Source: the human T2T-CHM13v2.0 reference genome, Homo sapiens. From it: a DNA stretch of 64,000 bases. The notes beneath the pieces were generated by a model, which saw nothing but the letters and a program-made list of their open reading frames with translations, ran no database searches and was not told the origin of the DNA. The stretch lies in the NCBI RefSeq assembly GCF_009914755.1, contig NC_060927.1; one strand, 5' to 3'. This document shows, in pieces, positions 1-12,800 of the stretch (its first letter is position 1; each line of letters starts with the position of its first letter). Both the position numbers and the translations under genes were made by a program.

Positions 1-1660
1 CTAGAATATATATGAAACCACAAAAGACCCAGAATACCCAAAGCTATCCTAAGCAAAAAGAACAAAACTGGAGGAATCATATTACCTGACTTCAAATTGT
101 ACTACAGAGCTGTAGTAACCAAAACAACATGGTACTGACACAAAAACAGACACGTAGGCCAATGGAACAGAATAGAGAACCCAGAAACAAATCCACACAC
201 CTACAGTGAACTCATTTTCAGCAAAGGTGCCAAGAACACACACTGGAGAAAAGACGGTCTCTTCAATAAATTGTGCTGGGAAAACTGGATATCCATATGC
301 AGAAGAATGAAACTCAACCCCTATCTTTCACCATATACAAAAACCAAATCAAAATGGATTAAAGGCTTACATCTGAGACCTCAAACTATGAAACTACTAC
401 AATAAAACATTTGGGAAATCTCCAGGACATTGGTCTGGGCAAAAAAATTTTGACTAAACCCCACAAGCACTGGCAACCAAAGCAAAACTGGACAAATGGG
501 ATCATATCAAGTTAAAAAGCTTCTGTACAGCAAAAAATACAGTCAATAAAGTGAAGAGACAACCTACAGAATGGGAGAAAGTATTTACAAGCTACCTATC
601 TGACAAGAGATTAATAACCAGAATATATAAGGAGCTCAAACAACTTTATAGGAAAAAATCTAATAATCTGACTAAAAAATGGACAAAAGGTTTGAATAGA
701 CATTTCTCAAAAGAAGATATACAAATGGCAAACAGGCATATGAAAAGGTACTCAACATGATTGATCATCAGAGAAATGCAAATCAAAACTACAATAAGAT
801 ATCATCTCACCCCAGTTAAAATGTCTTATATCCAAAAGACAGGCAATAACAGATGCTGGTGGGGATGTGGAGAAAAGAGAATGCTTGTATGTTGGTGGGA
901 ATGTAAATTAGTAAAATCACTATAGAGAACAGTTTGGAGGTTCCTCATTAAACTGAAAATTGAGCTACCATGTGATCCAACAATCCCACTGCTGTGTGTA
1001 TATCCAAAAGGAGGGAAATCAGTGTATCAAGACATATCTGCACTACTATTTTTGTTGCAGGATTGTTTACAATATCTAAGATTGGGAGCAACCTGACTGT
1101 CCATCAACAGAAAAATGGAAAAAGAAAATGTGGCACACATACACAATGGAGTACTATTCAGCCATAAAAAAAATAGATCCAGTCATTTGCAATGACATGG
1201 ATGGAACTGGAGATCATTATTTTAAGTAAAATAAGCTAGGCACAAAAAGACAGACATTGCATGTTTTTACTTTTTTATGGGATCTAAAACTCAAAACAGC
1301 TGAACTCATGGACACAGAGAGTACAAGGATTGTTACCAGAGGCTGGGAAAGGTAATGGGTGGCTTGGGGAGAGATGGGGATGGTTAATGGGTACAAAAAA
1401 GTAGGAAGAATGAATAAGACCTATGATTTGATAGCACAACTGAATGTCTATAGTCAATAAAAACAATATACATTTTAAATTAACTCAAAGAGTGTAATTG
1501 GATTGTTTGTAACTCAAAGGATAAATGCTTGATGAGATGGATATCCCATTCTCCATGATGTGTTTATTTCATGTTGCATGCCTGTATCAAAACATCTCAT
1601 GTATCCCATAAATATAAATACCTACTATGTACTCACAAAAATTTAAAAATAAAATAACAA
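1..1660 (+). mobile_element. LINE-1 3' portion (ORF2 C-terminus + 3'UTR), L1MA1/L1MA2-like, runs off window start
   Basis: ORF 551-760 ([11 protein letters not shown]...[18 protein letters not shown]) is L1 ORF2p C-terminal sequence; 3'UTR ends ...gtaattggattgtttgtaactcaaaggataaatgc...cctactatgtactcacaaaaatttaaaaataaaat, typical of early L1MA subfamilies. Confidence 0.9.
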
Positions 1661-1724
1661 ACCCATGTTTAAGTATTCATATATAAATGACATGAAATTC
1701 AGGGGGATAAAGAAAATACATGGT

Positions 1725-2071
1725 TGATATGGTTTGGCTGTGTCCCTGCTCAAATCTCACCTTGAATTCCCATGTGTTATGGGAGGGACACAGTGGGAGG
1801 TAATTGAATCATGGGGGCAGGTCTTTCCCGTGCTGTTCTTGTGATAGTGAATAAGTCTCATGAGATCTGATGGTTTTAAAAGGAGGAGTTCCCTTGCACA
1901 AGCTCTCTCTCTTTGCCTGTTGCCATCCATGTAAGACATGACTTGCTCCTCCTTGTCTTCTGCCATGATTGTGAGGCCTCCCCAGCCACATGGAACTGTA
2001 CAGCAATTAAACCTCTTTTTCTTCCCAGTCTCAGGTATGTCTTTATCAGCAGCATGAAAAAAACTAATACA
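1725..2071 (+). mobile_element. THE1 (ERVL-MaLR) 5' LTR, THE1A/B-like
   Basis: Begins tgatatggtttggctgtgtccc, ends ctttatcagcagcatgaaaaaaactaataca (TG...CA); ~350 bp with characteristic THE1 motifs. Confidence 0.93.
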
Positions 2072-3300
2072 GTAAATTGGTACCAGTAGAGAGGGACACT
2101 GCTGAAAAGATATCTGAAATGTGGAAGTAACTTTGAAACTGGGTAACGGGCAGAGGTTGGAACAGTTTGGAGGGCTCAGAAGAAGACAGGAAAATGTGGG
2201 AAAGTTTGGAACTCCCTAGAGACTTAATGAATGGCTTTGACCAAAATGCTGATAATGATATGGACAATGAAATCCAGGTTGAGGTGGTCTCAGATGGAGA
2301 TGAGGAACTTGTTTGGAACTGGAGCAAAGGTGACTCTTGTTATGTTTTAGCAAAGAGACTGGTGGCATTTTGCCCCAGCCCTAGAGATTTGTGGAACTTT
2401 GAACTTGAGAGAGATGATTTAGGGTATCTGGCAGAAGAAATTTCTAAACAGCAAAGCATTGAAGAGATTACCTGGGTGCTGTTAAAGGCATTCAGTTTTA
2501 AAAGGGAAACAGAGCATAAAAGTTCAGAAAATTTTCAGCTTAACAATGCAATAGGAAAAAACAATCCCATTTTCTGAGGAGAATTTCAAGCTGCCTGCAG
2601 ATATTTCCATAAATAATGAGGAGCTGAATGTTAATCACCAAGACACTGGGGAAAATGTCTCCAGGGCATGTCAGAGACCTTTATGACAGTCCCTCCCATC
2701 ACAGGCCCAGAGACATAGGAGGAAAAAATGGCTCTGTGGGCTAGGCCCAGGGTCTCTCTGTTGTGTGCAGCCTAGGAACTTGGTGCCTTGCGTCCCAGCC
2801 ACTTCAGCTGCAACTAAAAGGGGCCAAGGTACAGCTCAAGCCATGGCTTCAGAGGGTGCAAGCTCCAAGTCTTGGCAGTTTCCACATGGTGTTGAGCCTG
2901 CAGGTGCATAGAAGTCAAAAATTAAGGTTTGGGAACCTCTGCCTAGGTTTCAGAGGATGTATGGAAATGCCTGGATGTTCAGGCAGAAGTTTGCTGCAGG
3001 GGTGGGACACTCATGGAGAACCTCTGCTAGGGCAGTGCAAAAAGGAAATGTGGGGTGCAAGCCTCCACACAGAATCCCCACTGAGGTGCTGCCTAGTGGA
3101 GCTGTGAGAAGAGGGCCACCATCCTCCAGACACCAGAATGGTAGATCCACTGACAGCTTGCACTGTGAGCCTGAAAAAGCCACAGACACTCAACACTAGC
3201 CCATGAAAGCAGCCAGGAAGGAGACTGTACCCTACAAAGCCACAGGGGCAGAGCTACCGAAGACCATGGGAACCCACCTCTTTCATCAGTGTGACCCAGA
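2072..3300 (+). mobile_element. THE1 internal region, 3'-truncated (no 3' LTR)
   Basis: Starts gtaaattggtaccag directly after the LTR; ORF 2167-2577 (EGSEEDRKMWESLELPRDL...) is the degenerate MaLR internal ORF; homology stops at ...catcagtgtgacccaga. Confidence 0.9.
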
Positions 3301-4556
3301 TCCAAAACGAATAAATGAATTCAGTAAAGTTTCAAGACACAGAATCAACCTACAAAAATCAGTAGTAGTTCTATATGCCAATAGCACACTATCTAAAAAA
3401 GAATCAAGAAAGAAGTTCTATTTATAATAGCTACCAAAAAAAAAACACTAGGAATAAGCTTAACCAAGGAAGTGAAAGATATCTACTATAAAAACTATAA
3501 AACATTGATGAAAGAAATTCAAGATAGCACAAATAAATTGAAAGTTATCTGTGTTCATGGATTGGAAGAATCAATATTGTTAAAATGTCCATACTACCCA
3601 TGATGTTGTATAGATTCAACACACTTCCTATCAAAATATTAATGACATTCTTCATAGAAATATAAGAACAATCCTAAAATTCGTATGGAACCACTAAAGA
3701 CATCAAATAGACAAAGCAATCCTGAGCAAAAAGCATAAAGCTGGAGACAACACACTGACTTCAAAATACACAAAAAAGCCATAATAATGCAATCAGCATG
3801 GTACTGGCATAAAAACAGACACATAGACCAATGGAGCAGAAAGAAATCCAGAAATAAATCCACACATTTACAGTCAATTAATTGTCAACAAAGGTGTCAA
3901 GAACACCCATGGGGAATAGGACAGTCTCTTCAATAAATGGTGCTGGGAAAACTGAATATTCACATGTGGAAAAATGAAAGACCTCTATCTTTCACCATAT
4001 TAAAAAAAACTCAAAATGGATTAAAGACTGAAATGTAAGACCCAAAACTATAAACTACTAGAAGAAAACACTGGGGAAACACTTCATGAAATTGGTCTGG
4101 GCAAGAATTTTTTGGACAGGACCTCAGAAGCACAGGCAACAAAAGCAAAATAGACAAATGGGACAAACCAAAAACCTTCTGCATAGCAAAGGAAACAATC
4201 AACAGAGTGAAGAGACAATCTTAAGAATGGGAAAAAATATTCACAAACTTTCCATCTGACAAGGGATTAATATTTAGTATACACAAGGAATTCAAACAAC
4301 TCAATGCCAAAAAAACCCCACAAAAAATCAGATTTTAAAATAAGCAAAAGACCTGAATAGACATTTCTCAAAATAAGACATACAAATCACCAGGTAAATG
4401 ACAAAATGCTCAACATCACTAATCATCAGGGAAATGCAAATCAAAATCACAATGAGATACCACCTCACCTCAATTAGAATGGCTGTTATCTAAAAGATGA
4501 AAAGTAAAACATGCTGACAAGGATGCAGAGAAAAGGGAACTCATCTTTTTAAACAC

Positions 4557-4685
4557 TTTTTTTTTTTTTAAAGATAATGTCTCACCGTATTGCCCAGGTT
4601 GGCCTCAAAGTCCTGGGCTCAAACTATCCTCCTGCCTCAGCCTCCTGAGTATCTGAGACTACAGGCCCACACCACTGTACCCAGC
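4557..4685 (-). mobile_element. Free left Alu monomer (FLAM)
   Basis: Poly-T followed by a single monomer gtctcaccgtattgcccaggttggcctcaaagtcctgggctcaa...ccagc; degenerate agaaa(a)gg(g)aa(c/a) duplication on the flanks. Confidence 0.8.
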
Positions 4686-4864
4686 TGCTAGAAAGGAAAA
4701 TTCTTACACACTATTGGTGGAAATGTAAATTAGTACAACTATTATGGAAAATGGTGTAAAGGTTTCTCAAAAAATTTAAAAAGAATTACCATATGATCCA
4801 GCAATTTCACTACTGAGTATTTATCCACAGGAATTGAAATCAGTATGTCAAAGAGAAACCTGCA

Positions 4865-7132
4865 ATTGAACTCGCCTGCAGCTCTCGGGGTTCCTGTGGC
4901 TTTCTTCTTTGTTGGAGCCAGGCCTACATGCCAGCAACCATGTCGAAGGGACCTGCAGTTGGTATTGATCTTGGCACCACCTACTCTTGTGTGGGTGTTT
5001 TCCAGCACGGAAAAGTAGAGATAATTGCCAATGATCAGGGAAACGGAACCACTCCAACCTATGTCACCTTTACGGACACTGAATGATTGACCCGTCATGC
5101 CACAAAGAATCAAGTTGCAATGAACCCCACCAACACGCCAAACGTTTTTGATGCCAAATGTCTGATTGGATGCAGATTTGATGACGCTGTTGTCCAGTCT
5201 GATATGAAGCATTGGCCCTTCATGGTGGTGAATGATGCTGTCAGGCTCAAGGTCCAAGTAGAATACAAGGGAGAGACAAAAAGCTTCTATCCAGAGGAGG
5301 TACCCTCTATGGTTCTGACAAAGATGAAGGAAATTGCAGAAGCCGACCTTGGGAAGATTGTTACCAATGCTGTGGTCACAGTGTCAGCTTACTTTAATGA
5401 CTGTCAGTGTCAGGCTACCAAAGATGCTGGAACTATTGCTGGTCTCAATGTACTTAGAATTATTAATGAGCCAACTGCAGCTGCTATTGCTTATGGCTTA
5501 GACAAAAAGGTTGGAGCAGAAAGAAATGTGCTGATCTTTGACCTGGGAGATGACACTTTCAATGTGTCAATCCTCACTACTGAGGATGGAATCTTTGAGG
5601 TCAAATCTAGAGCTGGAGACACCCACTTGTGTGGAGAAGATTTTGACTACCGAATGGTCAACCATTTTTACTGCTGAGTTCAAGCACAAGCATAAGAAAG
5701 GCATCAATGAGAACAAGAGAGTTTTAAGATGCCTCCATACTGCTTGTGAATGAGCTAAGTGTACTCTCTCTTCCAGCACCCTGGCCAGTATTGAGATCGA
5801 TTCTCTTTATGAAGGAATCAACTTCTACACCTCCATTACCCATGCCCGATTTGAAGAAAAGAATGCTGACCTGTTCCATGGCACCCTGGACCCCATAGAG
5901 AAAGCCCTTCGAGATGCCAAACTAGAGAAGTCACAGATTCATGACATTGTCCTGATTGGTGGTTCTACTCATATCCCTGATTCAGAAACTTCTCCAAGAC
6001 CTCTTCAATAGAAAAGAACTGAATAAGAGCATCAACCCTGATGAAGCCATCGCTTATGGTGCAGCTGTCCAGGCAGCCATCCTGTCTGGAGACAAGTCTG
6101 AAAATGTTCAAGATTTGCTGCTCTTGGATGTCACTCTTCTTTCCCTTCGTATTGAAGCTGCTGATGGAGTCATGACCGTCCTCATCAAGCGCAATACTAC
6201 CATTCCTACCAAGCAGACACAGAACTTCACTACCTATTCTGACAACCAGCCTGGTGTGCTTATTCAGGTTTATGAAGGTGAGTGTGCCATGACCAAGGAT
6301 AACAACTGTTTGGCAAGTTTGAACTCACAGGCATACCTCCTGCACCCTGAGGTGTTCCTCAGGTTGAAGTCACTTTTGACATTGATGCCAATGTCATCCT
6401 CAATGTCTCTGCTGTGGACAAGAGTACAGGAAAAGAGAACAAGATTACTATCACTAATGACAAGCGCCGTTTGAGCAAGGAAGACATTGAACGTATGGCC
6501 CAGGAAGCTGAGAAGTACAAAGCTGAAGATGAGAAGCAGAGGGGCAAAGTGTCATCCTAGAATTCACTTGAGTCCTATGCATTCAACATGAAATCAACTG
6601 TTGAAGATGAGAAACTTCAGGGCAAGATTAACGATGATGACAAACAGAAGATTCTGGACAAGTGTAATGAAATTATCAACTGGCTCGATAAGAATCAAGC
6701 TGCTGAGAAGGAAGAATTTGAACATCAGCAGAAAGCTGGAGAAAGTCTGCAACCCCATCAACACCAAGCTGTACCAGAGTGCAGGAGGCATGCCAGGAGG
6801 AATGCCTGGGGGATTCCCTGGTGGTGGAGCTCCTCGCTTTGGTGGTGCTTCCTCAGGGCCTACTATTGAAGAGGCTGATTAAGCCAACCCAAGTATAGAC
6901 GTAACATTGTTCCACACATTTAAAACATTGAAGGACCAAAATTTGTAGCAAATTCTGTGGCAGTTAAGTTCAGCTGCTATAGTAAGTTACTGGGCATTCT
7001 CAATACTTGAATATGGAACATACGCACAGGTGAAGGAAATAAAATTGCACTTTATAAACACTGTATTTTAAGTGGAAAATGCAATGTCTTAAATAAAACT
7101 ATTTAAAATTGACACCATTAAAAAAAAAAAAA
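4865..7132 (+). pseudogene. HSPA8: Processed pseudogene of HSPA8 (Hsc70), near full-length mRNA copy; CDS remnant 4940-6882
   Basis: Intronless; 5'UTR attgaactcgcctgcagctc..., ATG 4940 ([25 protein letters not shown]), C-terminal [17 protein letters not shown]...GPTIEEAD then TAA 6880-6882; AATAAA 7092-7097; poly-A 7120-7132; perfect TSD caaagagaaacctgca at 4849-4864 and 7133-7148; in-frame TGA at 5084-5086 and several frameshifts. Confidence 0.97.
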
Positions 7133-7789
7133 CAAAGAGAAACCTGCATTCTCATGTTTACTACAGCAGTATTCACAATAGCCAAGAGATGGACTCAATC
7201 TATATGTTTATCTATAGAAAAATGGCTAAAGAAAATGTGGTATATATACACAATTGAGTACTATTCAACTATAAAAAGGGAATGAAATCCTATTATTCAC
7301 AGAAACACAGATGAACTTCGAGGACAATTTGCTAAATGAATCTAAGACACAGAAGACAAATGCTGCACGATCTCACTCATCCACAGAATCTACAAAAGTT
7401 AATCTCATAGAAGCAGAGAGTAGAATAGTGGTCACCAGAGGATGGAAAAGGGGGAATGAGGGAACAGGGAGAGGTTGGTCAATGAGTATAAAGTTACAAT
7501 TAGATAGAAGGAATAAGTTCTAGTGTTTTATTACGTAGTAGGTTGACTACAGATCATAACAATGTATTATATATTTCAAGGTAGCTAGAAAAGAAGATTT
7601 TACCTGTTCTCACCACAAGTAAATGAATAAATGTTTGAGATGATAGATATGCTAATTACCCTGATTTGATCGTTACACAATGTGTACATATATTGAAACA
7701 TCACACTGTATCTCATATATTTGTATAATTATGATGTGTCAATTAAAACTTTTTTTAACTGTCAAAAAAAAAAAAAGATTTAGCTTCTC

Positions 7790-7895
7790 ACTCAGCCTCC
7801 TCTTACACCAATTTGGAGGAAAGGGAAAGGGATATCTTGTTACTACTGGGTGGCAATGTAAAGTCAGAATTTCCGCCTGTCCTCCACTGACATCA
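7790..7895. mobile_element. Possible short MER21-like LTR fragment
   Basis: gttactactgggtggcaatgtaaagtcagaatttccgcctgtcctccactgacatc resembles the MER21 repeated motif; short and diverged. Confidence 0.3.
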
Positions 7896-7919
7896 TAGAC
7901 TGAGAAACAAATAGCTTTA

Positions 7920-8615
7920 TGCTATTGATTTCCAATTCAATTTCATTTCTGTAAGAGAATTTATTATGTATGATGTCAACCTTTTTAAATTTTATTGTGA
8001 GTGGTTCTATAGCCTAGCATATGGTCTCTCCTATTGCATGTTCAATGTTAACTTATAAGGAATCAGTATTCTGCTGCTGTTGAGTGTTTTATAAATGTTA
8101 ATTGGTTGAAGTGTCATTCAGGTATTCTATATTCTTACTTATTTTCTGTCTACATCTATCTGTTCTATCAATTGCTGATAGAGGGAGTCTCAAGCTTTGT
8201 GATTTGTCTATTTCTTTTATATATTTGCTTTATATATTTTGAACTTCTCCTATTGTGTGTACACATGTGTAGGATAATTACTTTTTTTCAGCAAATTGAC
8301 CCTTGTTAATATGAAATGGTCCTCTTTATCTCTGGTAATAGTATTTGTTTGAAATCTATTTTGTTTGATACTAATAGAATCACTTCAGCTTTCTTACAAT
8401 TAGTTTTTGCATAGTATATGTTTTTATCCTTTTACTGTTATCTGGGTCATTATATTTAAAGTAGATTTCTTATAGGCAGCATATATATTTGTCTTGTTTT
8501 TTTTGTCCAATGTGACAATCTTTGTGTTTTAATTCAAGTCTTTAGATTATTTACAGTTAATGAAGTTTTCAATAAATCATTTGGTTTAATTTACCATCTT
8601 GCTATTTTCTTTCCT
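7920..8615 (-). mobile_element. Ancient L1M (ORF2 5' region) fragment
   Basis: T-rich antisense L1M signature (tatagcctagcatatggtct...tattctgctgctgttgagtg...gtagatttcttataggcagcatat); similar sequence continues after 12310. Confidence 0.7.
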
Positions 8616-8628
8616 TTCTATCTCTTCT

Positions 8629-11600
8629 CCTTTTTTCTTTTTTTTTTAATTATACTTTAAGTAGTGAGGTACTTGTGAAAAACATCCAGTTTTGTTACAT
8701 AAGTATACACACGCCATGGTGGTTTGCTACACCCATCAACCCATCACCTACACTAGATATTTCTCCTAATGCTATCCCTCCACTAGCCCCCCACCACTGA
8801 CAGGCCCCAGTGTGTGATATTCCCCTCCCTGTGTCCATGTGTTCTCCTTGTTCAACTCCCACTTATGAGTGAGAACATGTGGTGTTGGGTTTTCTTTTCT
8901 GTGATAGTTTGCTGAGAATGATGGTTTCCAGCTTCATCCATGTCCCTGCAAACGACATGAACTCATCCTTTTTTATGACTGCATAGTATTCCATGGTGTA
9001 TGTGTGCCACATTTTCTTTATCCAATCTATTATTGATGGACATTTGGGTTGGTTCCAAGTCTTTGCTATTGTAAATAGTGCCGTAATCAACATATGTGTG
9101 CATGTGTCTTTATAATAGAATGATTTATAATCCTTTGGGTGTATACCCAGTAATGAGATTGCTGAGTCAAATGTTATCTCTGGTTCTAGATCCTTGAGGA
9201 ATCGCCACACTGTCTTCCACAGTGGTTGAACTAATTTACACTCCCACCAACAGTGTAAAAGTATTTCTATTTCTCCACATCCTCTCTAACATCTGTTGTT
9301 TCCTGACTTTTTAATGATCACCATTCTAACTGGCGTGAGATGTTATCTCATTGTGGTTTTGATTTGCATTTCTCTAATGACCACTGATGATGAGCATTTT
9401 TTCATATGTTTTTTGGCTATAAAAATGTCTTCTTTTGAGAAGTGTCTGTTCATATCCTTCACCCACTTTTTGATGGGGTTGTTTGTTTTTTTCTTATAAA
9501 TTTGTTTAAGTTATTTGTAGATTCTGGATATCAGCCCTTTGTCTGATGGATAGATTGCAAAAATTTTCTCCCATTCTGTAGGTTGCCTGTTCACTCTGAT
9601 GATAGTTTCTTTTGCTGTGCAGAAGCTCTTTAGTTTAATTAGATCCCATTTGTCAATTTTGGCTTTTGTTGCCATTGCTTTTGGTGTTTTAGACATGAAG
9701 TCTTTGCCCATGTCTATGTCCTGAATGGTATTGCCCAAGTTTTCTTCTAGGATTTTTATGATTTGAGGTCTTATGTTTAAATCTTTAATCCATCTTGAGT
9801 TGATTTTTGTATAAGGTGTAAGAAATGGGTCCAGTTTCAGTTTTCTGCATATGGCTAGCTAGTTTTCCCAACACCATTTATTAAATATTGTTTGTTTGTG
9901 TAAGGTTTGTCAAAGATCAGATGGTTGTAGCTGTGTGGTGTTATTTTGGATGCCTCTGTTCTGTTCCATTGGTCTATATATCTGCTTTGGTACCAGTGCA
10001 ATGCTGTTTGGTTACTGTAGCCTTGTAATATAGTTTGAAGTCACGTAGCATGATGCCTCCAGCTTTGTTTTTTTGTTTGTTTGTTTGTTTGCTTAGGATT
10101 GTCTTGGCTATGTGAGCTCTTTTTTGGTTCCATATGAAGTTTAAAGTCGTTTTTTCCAATTCTGTGAAGAAAGTCAGTGGTAGCTTGATGGGTATAGCAT
10201 GGAATCTGTAAATTACTTTGGGCAGTATGGCCATTTTCATGATATTGATTCTTCCTATCCATGAGCATGAAATGTGAAACTCACTCAAAACCACACAAAT
10301 ACATGGAAACTGAACAACCTGCTCCTGAATGACTACTGGGTACATAACGAAATGAAGACAGAAATAAAGATGTTCTTTGAAACCAATGAGAACGAAGTCA
10401 CAAAGTACCAGAATCTCTGGGACACATTTAAAGCAGTGTGTAGAGGGAAATTTATAGCACTAAATGCCCACAAGAGAAAGCAAGAAAGATCTAAAATTGA
10501 CACCCTAACATCACAATTAAAAGAACTAGAGAAGCAACAGCAAACAAATTCAAACCTAGCAGAAGACAAGAAATAACTAAGATCAGAGCAGACATGAAGG
10601 AGATAGAGATACAAAAAAACCTTCAAAAAATCAATGAATCCAGGAGCTGGTTTTTTGAAAAGATCAACAAAATAGATAGACTGCTAGCCAGAATAATAAA
10701 GAAGAAAAGAGAGAAGAATCAAATAGACACAATAAAAAATGATATAGGGGATATCACCACTGATCCCACAGAAATACAAACTACCATCAGAGAATACTAT
10801 AAACACCCCTATGCAAATAAACTAGAAAACCTAGAAGAAATTGATATATTCCTGGACACAAACATGCTCCCAAGTCTAAATCGAGAAGAAATCGAATACC
10901 TGAATAGACCAATAACAAGTTCTGAAATTGAGGCGGTAATTAATAGCGTGCCAACCAAAAAAAGTCCAGGACCAGACAGATTCACAGCCGAATTCTACCA
11001 GAGGTACAAAGAGGAGCTGGTATCATTCCTTCTGAAACAATTCCAAACAATAGAAAAAGAGGGAATCCTCTCTAACTCATTTTATGAGGCCAGCGTCATC
11101 CTCATACCAAAGCCTGGCAGAGACACAACAAAAAATGAAACTTTCAGGCCAATATCCCTGATGAACATCACTGCAAAAATTCTGAATAAAATACTGTCAA
11201 ACCAAATCCAGCAGCACATCAAAAAGTTTATCCACCACGATCAAGTCGGCTTCATACCTGGGATGCAAGGCTGGTTCAACATACACAAATCAATAAATGT
11301 AATCCATCACATAAACAGAATCAATGACAAAAATCACGTGATTATCTCAATAGATGCAGAAAAGGCCTTCAACAAAATTCAACACCCCTTCATGCTAAGA
11401 ACTCTCAATAAACTAGGTATCGATGGAACGTATCTCAAAATAATAAGAGCTATTTATGACAAACCCACAGCCAATATCATACAGAACGGGCAAAAACTGG
11501 AAGTATTCCCTTTGAAAACTGGCACAAGACAGGGATGCCCTCTCTCACCACTCCTATTCAACATAGTATTGGAAGTTCTGGCCAGGGCAATCAGGAAAGA

Positions 11601-11953
11601 GAAAGAAATAAAGGGTATTCAAGTAGGAAGAGAGGAAGTCAAATTGTCTCTGTTTGCAGATGACATAATTGTATATTTAGAAAACCCCATCATCTCAGCC
11701 CAACATCTTAAGCTGATAATCAACTTCGGCAAAGTCTCAAGATACAAAAATCAATGTACAAAAATTGCAAGCATTCCTATACACCAATAACAGACAGAGA
11801 GCCAAATCATGAGTGAACTCCCATTCACAATTGCTACTAAGAGAATAAAATACCTAGGAATACAACTTACAAGGGATGTGCAGGACCTCTTCAAGGTGAA
11901 CTACAAACCACTGCTCAAGGAAATAAAAGAGGACACAGACAAATGGAAAAACA
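8629..11953 (-). mobile_element. L1PA7-like element, 5'-truncated with 5' inversion (twin priming); 8629-10275 minus, 10276-11953 plus
   Basis: Poly-T and L1PA 3'UTR at left; orientation flips at 10275/10276; plus segment encodes RT domain (ORF 10594-11790) and ends at aaatggaaaaacattc, exactly where the minus segment takes up L1 sequence; 13-bp TSD ttctatctcttct at 8616-8628 and 11954-11966. Confidence 0.93.
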
Positions 11954-11996
11954 TTCTATCTCTTCTTTATTACATTTCTCCTCTTGAATTAACTGA

Positions 11997-12296
<300 letters not shown>

Positions 12297-12624
12297 GAAT
12301 TAACTGAAATTTTTAAGTGTTCCATTGTGTCCCCACTATTGACTTATTCGCTTTACTGTTTTCTTCTTAGACGTTTCAAGAGTTACAAATTGCACCATTA
12401 ATTTATCACACCCAACCTTCAAATAATATTATGCCACTTTCTGCACAGTACTGTTAGAACCTTATCACAGTATGTTCCAGTTCTCCCTTCTGCTCTTTGT
12501 GTTATTGTTATACATTTCACTTCTACATATGTTATAAACCCCACATTTACTATTTTTACTTTAATTGGTAAATTGTCTTTTAAATACATGAAAACAGGAT
12601 AAGCAAAAGTCTCTAATCTACTTT

Positions 12625-12800
12625 CTAAAGACTACGTTTTTAGATAAGTTTTTGAATCGCAGCAAAATTGAGAGTAAGGTACAGCAATATCTCATATGCC
12701 CCCTTCTCTCGCACATGCATAGCTTCCCCCAATATCAACATTCCCCACCAGAGTGTTACAATTGATAAACTTACATTGATAGATCCTTATCAGCCAAAGT
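12625..12800 (-). mobile_element. L1MC/L1MD-type 3' end fragment
   Basis: cagcaaaattgagagtaaggtacag...atatcaacattccccaccagagtg..acaattgataaacttacattgat resembles antisense L1MC1/L1MD termini. Confidence 0.65.

Larger units (their letters stand above)
3301..7776 (+). mobile_element. Old LINE-1 3' half (L1MA4-like), interrupted by a FLAM and the HSPA8 retrocopy
   Basis: ORF2-like sequence from ataaatgaattcagtaaagtttcaagacacagaatcaac; resumes at 7149 after the TSD; 3'UTR ...gatatgctaattaccctgatttgatcgttacacaatgtg...aattaaaac then A-run. Confidence 0.85.

Noticed and set aside
2167-3427. Several 70-136 aa ORFs
   Set aside because: Fragments of the decayed THE1 internal ORF and its alternative frames; not host genes.
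4742-5257. 171-aa minus-strand ORF
   Set aside because: Antisense shadow of HSP70 coding sequence running into L1; no independent gene signals.
5087-6882. Hsp70 ORFs as a functional retrogene
   Set aside because: Nonsense codon at 5084, multiple frameshifts and altered EEVD motif.
10594-11790. 398-aa reverse transcriptase ORF as a novel RT system
   Set aside because: Ordinary L1 ORF2 segment in a promoterless inverted fragment, frameshifted just after the FADD motif.
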